From Bradymonadia bacterium (GTDB taxonomy: Bacteria; Myxococcota_A; Bradymonadia; UBA7976; UBA1532), in contig JBKAGE010000060.1 of assembly GCA_046290225.1 (NCBI GenBank), forward strand, positions 1-57,238: a DNA stretch of 57,238 nucleotides, read 5' to 3'. A program made the position numbers and the translations under genes. Below, one piece after another: positions 17,931-27,518 of this stretch (position 1 is its first letter; the number at the start of each line of letters is the position of its first letter). The notes below the pieces were generated by a model, which saw only the letters and a program-made list of their open reading frames with translations, was not told the DNA's origin and made no database searches.

Positions 17931-18637
17931 TGATCCATCAGCGCCTGGAGGTGCTCGTCCGAGATGAACAACTCGGCGACCTCAGGGCGATCTGCAAGCC
18001 AGTCGGCAGCCTCTGTGGCGCCGTCGGGAGTGTCGAGCAGAGGGGCGAGAATCGGGGTGAAGGCGTCGGCGAGGGCCTTGAGATCGGCTCCGGGCTCGAG
18101 CTCGAGCTGCTGATGATCGAGCATCCACTGCAGCATCGACAGCGCACCCGCAGGATCAGCATCCTCGGAGGCGTCTTCCGGCGCCTCTTCTTCACCGAGC
18201 GGATCATCGCCGAGATCACCGCCGCCGAAGATGGCTTTGAGCAGGTTCTCTGCGGCCTTCGGCGAAGGCGGGTGACCCGAGGGCGGTGGAGCGCCATCCT
18301 CGGCGTCACCCACAGGGCCGAGCAGACCCGCAGCGGGGCTCGAAGGCGCCTCGCCTGGCGGAGGCATCAGATCAGCGAGATCGTCATCGTCGAGATCATC
18401 GAGCAGATCGTCGTCATCGAGAAAGTCGGCGAGGCTCTCTGCGGCGAGGCTCTCGTCAGAGGGGCCGTCCACGTCGTCGAGCAGGCTCTTGCCCTTACCT
18501 GCATCGCCCTTGGGCGCTGGTGGGCCGTCAGGGAACAGGGCCTTGAGCAGGGCCTCGACGCCGCGACGCTCACCGGCTTCGCCCTCTGCGGGTGCACCGG
18601 CGGCCGGAGGCTTGGCTTTATCGTGATCGTCAGACAT
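17924..18637 (-). CDS. Very acidic, largely disordered hypothetical protein with a small helical C-terminal domain
   Basis: Fills the gap between prmA and malQ and its stop overlaps the malQ start; start chosen at MSDDHDK. Confidence 0.7.
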   Translation of the reverse strand: MSDDHDKAKPPAAGAPAEGEAGERRGVEALLKALFPDGPPAPKGDAGKGKSLLDDVDGPSDESLAAESLADFLDDDDLLDDLDDDDLADLMPPPGEAPSSPAAGLLGPVGDAEDGAPPPSGHPPSPKAAENLLKAIFGGGDLGDDPLGEEEAPEDASEDADPAGALSMLQWMLDHQQLELEPGADLKALADAFTPILAPLLDTPDGATEAADWLADRPEVAELFISDEHLQALMDQW

Positions 18638-18694
18638 GGGCTCTCTGGACTTTGGGTGTGTGCAAGGTGGCACATTCGACGGGGGCTGGCCATC

Positions 18695-19582
18695 TTACGA
18701 TGTGGCCGTGGGCCCCTCTGCGGGTGCGACGAGCAACAGCAGTCGCCAGCCCTCTTCATCCGCGTGGCTGCGGGAAAATTGCAGACCATGACCGGTATAT
18801 CGCGTCACGAGGCGCTCGACATGAGCCTCTCGCAGCCCGCACAACATCAACGTGCCCCCTGGGGCCACCCGGCCAGCGATGTTTTCGGCGAGGGCGTCGA
18901 GGACCGGTGGGGTGATGTTGGCCAGCACCAAATCACCTTCAGGGAGGGCGTCGAAGTCGGTGGTGAAGTGGCTCTGGCCCTCGAGTCCGTTGACCTGAGC
19001 ATGGTGCAGGGCGGCCTGCACCGCGGCAGGGTCGACGTCCATCCCCCAGGCCTGGTGCGCGCCCAGCCGCAAGGCCGCAAGTGCCAGGATGCCCGAGCCA
19101 CAACCCACATCGACGACCATCTCCGCGCCGGCTTCGAGGGCCACCAGAGCCTCGAGACACAAAGCTGTCGTGGGGTGACGCCCAGCACCAAAAGCCAGCC
19201 CGGGGGTCAATGCCAGCTGAACGCCGTCGAGATCGTCTGTGGTGGCATGGACCGTGTCTTCGCCAGGGGCCAGAGCACGTAGATGAAGTGGCCCCACCTG
19301 CATGGGCGGATGCTCGTCTCGAAGTTGATGGAGCCAGCCCTCGTCCGCGTGTGGAGCGAGTTCCCATCGATCTGCCTGACAGCCCAGCGCTTCGAGCACA
19401 TCACGTACAGTGTCGCCCACTGCCTCTCGGGCTGTGGCTTCCACCCAGGTGATCAAGGTGCATGTGTCGTCATCACCCTGAACCTCGAAGCCAGGGAGGC
19501 CACGCATCATCAACAGGGCGCTGGCGGTGTCAGCAAGCTCGGTGGGCACCTCGATGGTGAGGCGGAGCAGAGACGGGGGCAT
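18695..19582 (-). CDS. prmA: Ribosomal protein L11 methyltransferase-like (PrmA)
   Basis: PGLAFGAGRHPTTALCL, VVDVGCGSGILA, DVDPAA and LVLANI; N-terminal PrmA-like domain. Confidence 0.8.
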   Translation of the reverse strand: MPPSLLRLTIEVPTELADTASALLMMRGLPGFEVQGDDDTCTLITWVEATAREAVGDTVRDVLEALGCQADRWELAPHADEGWLHQLRDEHPPMQVGPLHLRALAPGEDTVHATTDDLDGVQLALTPGLAFGAGRHPTTALCLEALVALEAGAEMVVDVGCGSGILALAALRLGAHQAWGMDVDPAAVQAALHHAQVNGLEGQSHFTTDFDALPEGDLVLANITPPVLDALAENIAGRVAPGGTLMLCGLREAHVERLVTRYTGHGLQFSRSHADEEGWRLLLLVAPAEGPTATS

Positions 19583-21483
19583 CAGCGTGCGGAGCTGAAG
19601 CTCAATGTGTAGGCGCCGTTGGCACCATTGTAGCCATCGACGATGACGCTGTAGAGCGTGTCGGGCTCGGCATCGAAGGTCATGCGCGAGAGCAGGCCAT
19701 CACCGCCATCGTCGTTACAGGCCACCTCGGAGACCGGGTCACCACAGGTGGTGCGCGCGTAGAGCACGGTGTCGAACTCAGCATCGACCACCTCGATGGT
19801 GACCGGCTGAGCCACATCGACCGAGAAGAACCAGGTCTGCTCTGGTGAAGGCCCGCCAATGGCGCATTCCCCGGTGAGATCTGAAGCGCCGCCGGTGGTG
19901 GTGCCTTGCTCTTCACCAAAGGCCAGCAGGATGCTGGCGCCCTCACACAAAATATCGCCGCCTCCGGGAGGCGGGTCGACGGGCTCTTCTGGGGGATCGA
20001 CAGGACCAGCACCGGCTTCTTCGTAGCGCAGCGTGAAGGGACCGCTGTCGCCGTTGTAGCCGTCGACGACGATGTAGTAGCTCTCGCCGGCCTCAGCCTC
20101 GAAGGTGAGGGCGCTGTTGCTGCCCGGCCCGCCGTCATCGTCACAGTCGAGCTCCGAGGCGTCGTCGCCACAGGTGCCGCGGACGTACATCACAGTGTCG
20201 AAGTCTGCCGTGGTGGTGAAGGTGACCTCACCAGTGACATCGGGGATCAGCAAGAAGGCCTGCTCGGGGCTGGGATCAGTACGGCCGCAGGTGCCGGCGT
20301 GGGTCGGATCGTTGTCAGCGGTGTTGCCCTGGTAGTCACCAGGGTTCAACAAGACCGTCGGCGTGTCACAGGTGTCGGCCCCTGCAGGAGGCGGATCGAC
20401 AGGCGGGTTGCCACCGCCTCCGCCATCTTCTGGCACATAGGCCACGTTGAGCTGGTAGAGGCCACCGATGAGCAAACTGTCGACGACGATGCTGTAGGTC
20501 ACCCCGGGCTCGGCGACGAAGTCCACCTCGGAGGGGGTGAACAAGCCATCGATGTCATCGTTGCAGGCAATCTCGGTGAGGACGTTGCCACAGTCAGTCT
20601 GTACATAAAGCACTGTGTCGACCAGGGAGCCGGCGGTGTCGGCCACCACCCGCTGACGGGCGTTGACCTGCAGGGTGTAGACCGCCTCGCCGCCCGAGAG
20701 GAGCGAGCAGCTGCCTGCGAGGGTGCCCTCGTTGCCGATTTCACCAAAAACCGAGCCCGGACCGCCGAGGGCCTGAGCACCCTGGCACCCTGGACCCGGG
20801 TTGCCGCCGGGTGGTGGGTTGCCACCACCACCAGGCGGGGGATTGCCCCCACCGTCGCTGCACTCGCGGTTGACGCAGGTCTGAGCCCCTGGACAGTGAT
20901 CGTCTACAGTGCAACACACCCGCCCGTCATCGAAGTCTTCGTCGACGGCGCCGTCACAATCATTGTCCAGGCCATCGCACGTCTCGAAGCCTCCACCAGG
21001 GGCGCCGTTGCTCTCGCAGGTGAGTACACCGCCGGCGCAGACCTCGGTGCCCTCGACGGCGCACTCGCCCTCGCCGACGCTGCATGCGCCGCCATCAGTG
21101 CCCTCGTCGATGGTGCCGTCACAGTCATTGTCGGCGCCGTCACATGTCTCGGGACCGCCACCGGGGCAGTCATTGCCGCCTCCAGCACCACCCACAGGAT
21201 CACCACCGACAGGGGCACCAGCAGCGCCGCCTGCTCCGCCACCTACGGGACCACCGGCTGCACCACCGATGGGACCTACACCCCCACCAGAGCCTGCTTG
21301 AGGATCGTCAGCGGGCAGGCTGGCGTCACCGATGCGGCGGGTGAGGTCATCTTCTGGCATGCGCGGAGGCCGGGCCTCGCCTTCAGAGCCCGAGGCTGCA
21401 GGATCTGCATCCTCCTGACAGCCGGTGGTCATGCTCAGCGTAAAAACCGCCAGGGCGGCCAAAAGGGGCTCGAAGCGTGTCAT
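19582..21483 (-). CDS. Acidic Cys-rich lipoprotein: Gly linker, 2 MopE-like Cys/Asp repeats, 3 PPC-like domains
   Basis: Lipobox TTGC; ETCDGxDNDCDGxxDE twice; three DTV(L/M)Y...C...ExxC(N/D)DD...YxIxVD(G/S) repeats; TGATG overlap with prmA. Confidence 0.85.
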   Translation of the reverse strand: MTRFEPLLAALAVFTLSMTTGCQEDADPAASGSEGEARPPRMPEDDLTRRIGDASLPADDPQAGSGGGVGPIGGAAGGPVGGGAGGAAGAPVGGDPVGGAGGGNDCPGGGPETCDGADNDCDGTIDEGTDGGACSVGEGECAVEGTEVCAGGVLTCESNGAPGGGFETCDGLDNDCDGAVDEDFDDGRVCCTVDDHCPGAQTCVNRECSDGGGNPPPGGGGNPPPGGNPGPGCQGAQALGGPGSVFGEIGNEGTLAGSCSLLSGGEAVYTLQVNARQRVVADTAGSLVDTVLYVQTDCGNVLTEIACNDDIDGLFTPSEVDFVAEPGVTYSIVVDSLLIGGLYQLNVAYVPEDGGGGGNPPVDPPPAGADTCDTPTVLLNPGDYQGNTADNDPTHAGTCGRTDPSPEQAFLLIPDVTGEVTFTTTADFDTVMYVRGTCGDDASELDCDDDGGPGSNSALTFEAEAGESYYIVVDGYNGDSGPFTLRYEEAGAGPVDPPEEPVDPPPGGGDILCEGASILLAFGEEQGTTTGGASDLTGECAIGGPSPEQTWFFSVDVAQPVTIEVVDAEFDTVLYARTTCGDPVSEVACNDDGGDGLLSRMTFDAEPDTLYSVIVDGYNGANGAYTLSFSSAR

Positions 21484-21553
21484 AAGCGGGTGTCTCTCGT
21501 GATGGAAGATTCGCCGAGGGGCACGAAGCACAGTATATTAGAGCGTTTCATGA

Positions 21554-22165
21554 GTGGATGGAATGCCGGAGTTCAAGATGCAGAACGATGATAAAGAGAT
21601 CAGCCTGCCGTGGAAGTTGCTGCCGAAGCGCCGCTCTTCGGGTCCATTGGTCGATTTGCGCCTGCTCGACGAGATCATCCACCGCCTCGAAGCGGACCAC
21701 AACGCACGGGTGCACCTCGAGCTCTCGCTTGCTGATCGGCGCATTGACTGGGCGGGCTTGAATGTCGATCCCCGAGGCGACTTCAGCCCCTCTGCTCCAC
21801 GTCACGTGCACCGCCCTCGATGGCCCCTCAAGAACGGTGGCTGCCTTGAGGGTCAGATCTTCGCCCAGCGTGGGGTGATCCGCATCTGGCGCTTCTTGAG
21901 GAACCCCAGCGAAGACCCAGTGGGACACGTGGTGCACGACACCCGCATGCCCACCGGGGCGGCCATCGGCGCCGTGGCGGGGTTGTTGCTCTCTCGTGGC
22001 CGTGCCGTCGTCGCCGCTGCGGGGGCCGCTGCTGGTGCTGCGACGGCCCACTGGGTCGATCGACGGCCCCGGGCGATCTGGGTGCTCGAGGATGTCAGCC
22101 CTGATGGCCAGTGGAAGGCCCGCCGCCTCTCGGCGAGCATGCGCTCCGTGAGCGGCGAGAGCTGA
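21554..22165 (+). CDS. Hypothetical protein with glycine-zipper-like hydrophobic segment
   Basis: GAAIGAVAG...AAAGAAAGAA; occupies the gap between two lipoprotein genes. Start uncertain (21554, 21563 or 21578). Confidence 0.6.
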   Translation: MDGMPEFKMQNDDKEISLPWKLLPKRRSSGPLVDLRLLDEIIHRLEADHNARVHLELSLADRRIDWAGLNVDPRGDFSPSAPRHVHRPRWPLKNGGCLEGQIFAQRGVIRIWRFLRNPSEDPVGHVVHDTRMPTGAAIGAVAGLLLSRGRAVVAAAGAAAGAATAHWVDRRPRAIWVLEDVSPDGQWKARRLSASMRSVSGES

Positions 22166-22245
22166 GCGCAGAGCGATTGCCCTGGATCTCCCCAGCATTC
22201 ATCGCCCATCGCTGATATAGTCCCGGCAAAAGTGAGCCGGAGACT

Positions 22246-23319
22246 TTGGTCATGCGTTTTTCTCTGCGCCCCATGTGGGGCACCACACTCCTCTGCACCC
22301 TCGCCCTGAGCCTCAGCGTCGCCTGTGACGACGAGACCACCGAGTCCCCTGCAGCCGGTGGCTCTGGTGGCTCGACCATGGGGGGCGCTGGTGGCGCTGT
22401 GGGTGCCGGAGGCATGCCCATGGGTGGGACGCCTGTGGGTGGTAACCCCGTAGGTGGCATGCCGATGGGTGGTAACCCCGTGGGTGGTGCTGGTGGCATG
22501 CCCGTTGGTGGTATGCCTGTGGGCGGTGACCCTGTTGGGGGCATGCCCATGGGTGGGGATCCTGTGATGGGCGGTGCGGGTGGTGGTGACTCCACGTGCA
22601 GCGAGCTGTGTGGTTTCTTCGAGTCGTGCCTCGACGATCTGTGCACCGACTACGATCGCTCCGGTTTCCGGGTGTCCTGCTTCGAAGAGTGTGATCCCGC
22701 GCCGCCCACCGAGGCGGAGGTCTCCGTGGTGGTGGCTCTGGGTTGCGAGCCCTCGAACGAGGCGCTGTGTCAGCAATTCCCCGAGCTCGAGCAGACCTGT
22801 GATTGCCCTGATGACGGCCCCATCGGCGGTGCCGGTGGCATGGGCGGCGCCGGTGGTATGGGCGCCGGTGGCATGGGCGGTGACGAAGGATGTGATGCCG
22901 GGTGTGACGGCGAGACGATCTGCATCGAAGACAACTGCGAGCCGGCGTACAACCGCTTCTACGAACTCTACATCGGCGAGGCCACGGTCAACGATCGGGA
23001 TCCCAACGGCGACTGCTGGGATGGTGTCTTCGACTGCGATGCCCCCGACCTGCTGGTGAAGGTGTACCTCAACGAAGAGGAGATCGAGTCCACTGATACG
23101 GTGAACGGGGTCTTCATGACAGACTTCGACACGCTCTTCTCCTTCAACATCCTCGCCGGGAGCGAGCTGAGGCTGGAGCTCGTCGACGACGATCTCGTAC
23201 CCCCGGACGACGTGGCGGTGTCGTGTGACGTCGTCCTCGCGCCCGATGTGTTGCGGGCCGGCGAGCTGGACTGCGATGGCCCCTCAGGGCGCTTCGAGGC
23301 GTCGATCCGGCCCCGCTGA
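22246..23319 (+). CDS. Lipoprotein with GGxPxGG repeat linker, Cys-rich helical domain and C-terminal C2-like domain
   Basis: Lipobox SVAC-DDE; about ten GG(M/N/D/T)P(M/V)GG units; C-terminal DAPDLLVKVY...T.T...F.F...LRLELVDDD...DD pattern. Confidence 0.8.
   Translation: MVMRFSLRPMWGTTLLCTLALSLSVACDDETTESPAAGGSGGSTMGGAGGAVGAGGMPMGGTPVGGNPVGGMPMGGNPVGGAGGMPVGGMPVGGDPVGGMPMGGDPVMGGAGGGDSTCSELCGFFESCLDDLCTDYDRSGFRVSCFEECDPAPPTEAEVSVVVALGCEPSNEALCQQFPELEQTCDCPDDGPIGGAGGMGGAGGMGAGGMGGDEGCDAGCDGETICIEDNCEPAYNRFYELYIGEATVNDRDPNGDCWDGVFDCDAPDLLVKVYLNEEEIESTDTVNGVFMTDFDTLFSFNILAGSELRLELVDDDLVPPDDVAVSCDVVLAPDVLRAGELDCDGPSGRFEASIRPR
22354..22590 (+). repeat. Degenerate 15-nt tandem repeat encoding GG(M/N/D)P(M/V)
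   Basis: Repeated ggtggcatgccgatg / ggtggtaaccccgtg-like units. Confidence 0.8.
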
Positions 23320-23324
23320 TCATC

Positions 23325-24692
23325 ATGAGCAGGCTGACCCTCGGGGTCCTGGCCCTCTCCGGACTCATTGGCGTGGGTTATCTGGTGTGGCCCGAGTCCA
23401 CCGCCCCATCAAAGACCCAGACCGTGTCGACCCCGGCGCCCGATGCGAGCGCGCCTGCGCCTGATCGCGGCGTGACCCGGCCTGATCCTGTTGCAGCAAA
23501 GCCCCTAAAGCCCCTGATGAAACCGCTGCAACTGGCCCCCACTGATCCCTTTGTGGGGCCTGAGGCCTGCCGGTCGTGCCATACGGCGATCTACGACGCG
23601 CATCTGCGTACGGCACACCAGGGTGCCACGGCGCCGGTGCCTGCCCTGGATCAGCCCTGGCCGCTGGCTCAGTACGGCCAGGTGAGGGGTGCCTTCGCAA
23701 AGACCCCTGGGGGCTCACCAGAAGGCGCCACCTTCCCGCTGCCGGGCATCGAGCGATCCATCCAGATGTACACCGCTGACGGAGATCGTCGGCAGCGGGT
23801 CATGGAGGGTGGGCAGGTGATCCTCGACCAGCCCTTCGACATGAGCATCGGCTCTGGGAAGATGGCTCAGAACTTCGCTGAGTGGAAAACCGAAGATGTA
23901 CCCGAGGGGTACGGCATGATCGTCCGCCTCGCGATCCACTACGCCACGGGGGTCGCCGACTGGACCCTCACCCCTGGCGAGCAAGGTGGGCGAGGCATCA
24001 CGGTGCCCGTGGTGGTGCCGCCGCGGTGCATGCACTGTCACGCCACCCACCACGAGGTCATTCGGCGGCCCATGCGTGACGTCACTTTGTATGCCTACAA
24101 GCGCGACTCGCTGATGCTCGGCATTACGTGCGAAGCCTGCCACGGCCCGGGGCGTCGGCATGTGGAGCACCATCAACAACACCCCGAAGCCAAAGAGGGG
24201 GCGCACATCATCAACGTGAAGGGCATGCCCCGAGACCGACAAATCGACGCCTGTGGTCTGTGCCACAATGGTGTTGGAGAAGAGGTCGGGCAGGGCATCG
24301 CGGGCTTCAAACCTGGTGGGGTGCTCTCTGAGCATTTGCGCTTCGATGATGCAGATCTCGCTCAGGCCACCACCCACGCCAGCCAGGTGAACTATCTACA
24401 GCGCAGCGCCTGTTTCCAGAAGAGCCCCGAGATGACGTGCTCGACCTGTCACGACGTGCATCGCCACGAGCGTGACGCCCATGCACCCTTCGAAGCCCGC
24501 TGTAAGAGCTGCCACGGCGAAGACAAGGGCTGCAGCGACACCACCCGCCACACGACGGGCTGCGTCGATTGCCACATGCCCCGACAGGTGGCCAGCGACA
24601 TCACCGTGAAGACACGTGAGGGCACTCAGGCCACCATTCCCATCCGGACCCATCACATCACGCGGCGCCCCGAGAAAGCGGTGCCGCCTTGA
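23325..24692 (+). CDS. Membrane-anchored multiheme (7 CxxCH) cytochrome c, c554/c552-like
   Basis: CRSCH, CMHCH, CEACH, CGLCH, CSTCH, CKSCH and CVDCH; N-terminal TM helix; GITCEACHGPG motif. Confidence 0.9.
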   Translation: MSRLTLGVLALSGLIGVGYLVWPESTAPSKTQTVSTPAPDASAPAPDRGVTRPDPVAAKPLKPLMKPLQLAPTDPFVGPEACRSCHTAIYDAHLRTAHQGATAPVPALDQPWPLAQYGQVRGAFAKTPGGSPEGATFPLPGIERSIQMYTADGDRRQRVMEGGQVILDQPFDMSIGSGKMAQNFAEWKTEDVPEGYGMIVRLAIHYATGVADWTLTPGEQGGRGITVPVVVPPRCMHCHATHHEVIRRPMRDVTLYAYKRDSLMLGITCEACHGPGRRHVEHHQQHPEAKEGAHIINVKGMPRDRQIDACGLCHNGVGEEVGQGIAGFKPGGVLSEHLRFDDADLAQATTHASQVNYLQRSACFQKSPEMTCSTCHDVHRHERDAHAPFEARCKSCHGEDKGCSDTTRHTTGCVDCHMPRQVASDITVKTREGTQATIPIRTHHITRRPEKAVPP

Positions 24693-25096
24693 GCCAAAAG
24701 GTCTTTGTCTATGGCACGCTCCGCCGTGGCGAGCGGGCCGAGCACCTCATGGCGGGGGCACAGTGGATGGGCTTCGCCCGAACTGCCCCTGGGTTCAGAT
24801 TGATCTCCATGGGTTGGTACCCGGCCATGATCGCGATCCCACAGACTGTTGGTGCTGTTGCTGTCGAAGGCATTGCTCCCAGCGGCGTGATCGGCGAGAT
24901 CTATGACGTACCCGAGGCGATGATCCCGGCCCTTGACGCCTACGAGGATGTGCCTCATCTCTACACAAGAGTGCCTGTGCCATTGAGCGAGGGCGCTCTG
25001 CCCTCGGCCATGGCGTACCTGCTGCGGCCGGAGCACAGCGCCGGACGGCCGGTCATTCCCAGCGGCGACTGGTGTCGCCGCACCCCAGGATCATGA
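24689..25096 (+). CDS. Gamma-glutamylcyclotransferase (AIG2-like)
   Basis: VFVYGTLRRGE, YPAM, GEIYDV, LDAYE and IPSGDW; TTGA overlap with the cytochrome gene. Confidence 0.88.
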   Translation: MSQKVFVYGTLRRGERAEHLMAGAQWMGFARTAPGFRLISMGWYPAMIAIPQTVGAVAVEGIAPSGVIGEIYDVPEAMIPALDAYEDVPHLYTRVPVPLSEGALPSAMAYLLRPEHSAGRPVIPSGDWCRRTPGS

Positions 25097-25635
25097 GCGA
25101 ACACACGGAACCTCCTCAGCACTCACAGGGCCCCTTGGACGGCACGCCACACTTCAAAGCCTTCTCGCGCTCGATGTACGCCGGACCCGAGGAGCCCCTC
25201 GATCTCCGCGCGCTGCGGTCCCTGAAGGGCATCGAGCGTCGCACGGCCCGGGCCATGCTCATCGAGCAGCTCACTCAGTCACCTGACGACTGCCGACTCG
25301 GTCGGGCCGTGGCGACGTTGCGAGATCCACAGCTGTTGCCCGCCACACGCTCGGCCTTTGCCCAGGCCAGTTCTGATCGTGCCCGCGTATCGCTGGCGGT
25401 GGCGCTGCGCACACTGGGGGCTTTCGAAGAGACCCAGCCGGTGATCGAGCAAGGCCTGCACAGCGGAGAGCCGGCGGCGCAGATCGAGTCGATCAAAGCG
25501 CTGACGTCGGCGTTTCCCGGACCCATCGATGCTGTCTTTGCTGCGTTGGCAGAGTCAGAAGAGCCTGCGGTGAAGGCTGCTGCAGAGCAGGCCATCGCCC
25601 GCCGCCAGGCGCGGTGGGGTGATCGCTGTAGCTAG
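25093..25635 (+). CDS. HEAT-repeat-like hypothetical protein
   Basis: ATGA overlap at 25093-25096; helical repeats RVSLAVALRTLG and AVKAAAEQAI. Confidence 0.65.
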   Translation: MSEHTEPPQHSQGPLDGTPHFKAFSRSMYAGPEEPLDLRALRSLKGIERRTARAMLIEQLTQSPDDCRLGRAVATLRDPQLLPATRSAFAQASSDRARVSLAVALRTLGAFEETQPVIEQGLHSGEPAAQIESIKALTSAFPGPIDAVFAALAESEEPAVKAAAEQAIARRQARWGDRCS

Positions 25636-25640
25636 AGCGA

Positions 25641-26360
25641 TCAGTCGCGTCGGAGGAAGGGCCGAAGCCCAAGAATCAGGACGACGATGGAGAAGGCCCC
25701 ACACAGCCCACCCCACACCCAATACGGCAGCCAGAGCGCCTCGGCCATCTGAGCCACATCCGAGGGCATGGGCCCGTTGGCGGTGATGGCGACGTCAGTG
25801 AAGAGGTAGTCGCCCCGAGAGAACACGCTCAAGGCCAGCTGTACGCCGAGGAAGACCAGCGCCACCTGCGAGACCCAGGGCTTGGTCTTCAGCGCGAGCA
25901 ACAGACAGATGAGTGCTGTCACGCCTACAAAGGCCAGGGCGAACTGGCCACGCACCACCCACAGCGCCGAGATGATCAGGAAGACGCCGATGCCCACCAG
26001 CCCGATCCGAGCGCCCTTTTCGGTACGACCCAGGCCAAAGGCCGCGGCGGCCACCACCGAGGGGCCCACCAGGCCGCCGGCGGCGACGAAGGCTTGAGCC
26101 ACCCGGCCCACGTGGCCAGCCCACGTCGCTCGACCTGAGCCGTCGGACCACATCTCCAACTGCAAGAAGTCACCGCCGACGAGCACCGCCGAGAGGCCAT
26201 GACCCATTTCGTGGGCCAGGGTGCTGAGCAACATCAATGGGTAGGCGACATAGTGACCCCCAGGGATCACATACAACAGACCTGTGATCACCGTGCCGGC
26301 GATCAAGAAGAGGCGGGATCGATCGTGAGCGCTCAGGGCAGAGGACGACACCGTAAACAA
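25641..26360 (-). CDS. M50-family (M50B-like) membrane metallopeptidase
   Basis: HEMGH zinc motif inside a TM segment, AAGGLVGP, later SD motif; multiple TM helices. Confidence 0.85.
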   Translation of the reverse strand: MFTVSSSALSAHDRSRLFLIAGTVITGLLYVIPGGHYVAYPLMLLSTLAHEMGHGLSAVLVGGDFLQLEMWSDGSGRATWAGHVGRVAQAFVAAGGLVGPSVVAAAAFGLGRTEKGARIGLVGIGVFLIISALWVVRGQFALAFVGVTALICLLLALKTKPWVSQVALVFLGVQLALSVFSRGDYLFTDVAITANGPMPSDVAQMAEALWLPYWVWGGLCGAFSIVVLILGLRPFLRRD

Positions 26361-26453
26361 CCGTTCAGGGTGAAAAACTCGGGGACCATATCACAGCTGG
26401 CAGTGGAGGGATCAGCGATTGGCGCGCAACAGGTCGATGTTACGGATCTAGAT

Positions 26454-27431
26454 CTAGCCAGCCTGGTGGGATGCCTCTGAGACCAGGGGGCTCTCGGGGG
26501 CTGTGGGCTGCATGCAGGAGGCCGTCGTAGGGATGGGCTGATCGCGGAGCAAGGCGATGGCTTCGCGGAGCGTCTCCATGGCTCGACGCCCAGGCCGGGC
26601 TGCAGAGCACTGCTCGAGCTGCTCTGCGAGCGCGAGGGCGTCTCGGGGGCGCGCCGCAGGATCACGGTGTATCAGTTGTTCGACCATCTGAGCGAGCTCT
26701 GCGGAGATCAACGGGTTGTGATCGCGTACGTCTGCGGGCTCTGACTCGAGACGGGCCGCAAACACCGCATGATGATCCAGCCCAGAGAAGGGCAGTCGCC
26801 CGGTGAGCCCCTGGTAGAGCACCACCCCAAGGGCATAGAGATCTGCAGCAGGCGTCGGTGCTTCACCGGTGATGCACTCTGGCGCCACGAAGGCCGGAGA
26901 GCCCACCACCCGGCCTGCGTCACCATCACGCGGAGAGGCCAGCACGTGGGCAGCGCCGAGATCGCACACCCGTACGTGACCCTGGCTGTTGATCAACAGG
27001 TTCGCGGGCTTCACGTCGCGGTGGATCACTCCGCGACGGTGCAAGTGCCCCAAGGCGCGGGCGGCCTGTACGACCGCGGGCACGACCACGAGAGGCATCA
27101 AGGGCGCAAAAGCCACCATCAAGCGACGCAGATCCACCCCGTCGACAAGGCCGAGGACCAGGGTGACATCGTCACCGTCGATGACCAGATCTGTGATGTC
27201 TACGAGGTTGGGGTGGTTGATCAGGCCAAGAAGGCGACCTTCACGGATCAAGCGCTCACGCTCGACTGTGTGGTGGGGCAGCTCATGGCGCAACTGCTTG
27301 AGGGCGATGGTCTTGCCCGTACGATGATCTGTGCCGCGATAGACCCGCGCCGCTGCCCCCGATGTGATCAGGGCCTGTCGGGTGTAGCGCCGTTCCGGCA
27401 GCTGGACAGGATCGAAGGCAGTGAGAGGCAC
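26454..27431 (-). CDS. Soluble Hanks-type Ser/Thr protein kinase (kinase domain only)
   Basis: IALK, HPNLV, HRDVKPAN, DLG, GSPAFVAPE, DLYALG and RP motifs. Confidence 0.9.
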   Translation of the reverse strand: MPLTAFDPVQLPERRYTRQALITSGAAARVYRGTDHRTGKTIALKQLRHELPHHTVERERLIREGRLLGLINHPNLVDITDLVIDGDDVTLVLGLVDGVDLRRLMVAFAPLMPLVVVPAVVQAARALGHLHRRGVIHRDVKPANLLINSQGHVRVCDLGAAHVLASPRDGDAGRVVGSPAFVAPECITGEAPTPAADLYALGVVLYQGLTGRLPFSGLDHHAVFAARLESEPADVRDHNPLISAELAQMVEQLIHRDPAARPRDALALAEQLEQCSAARPGRRAMETLREAIALLRDQPIPTTASCMQPTAPESPLVSEASHQAG

Positions 27432-27518
27432 GTGGGCGGGCTCCGTCGGAGTGACCTGTAATGGGCAGTATGTGGCAATGGGTAGATGTGCGCAACCACC
27501 TTACGTACGACCGACAGC

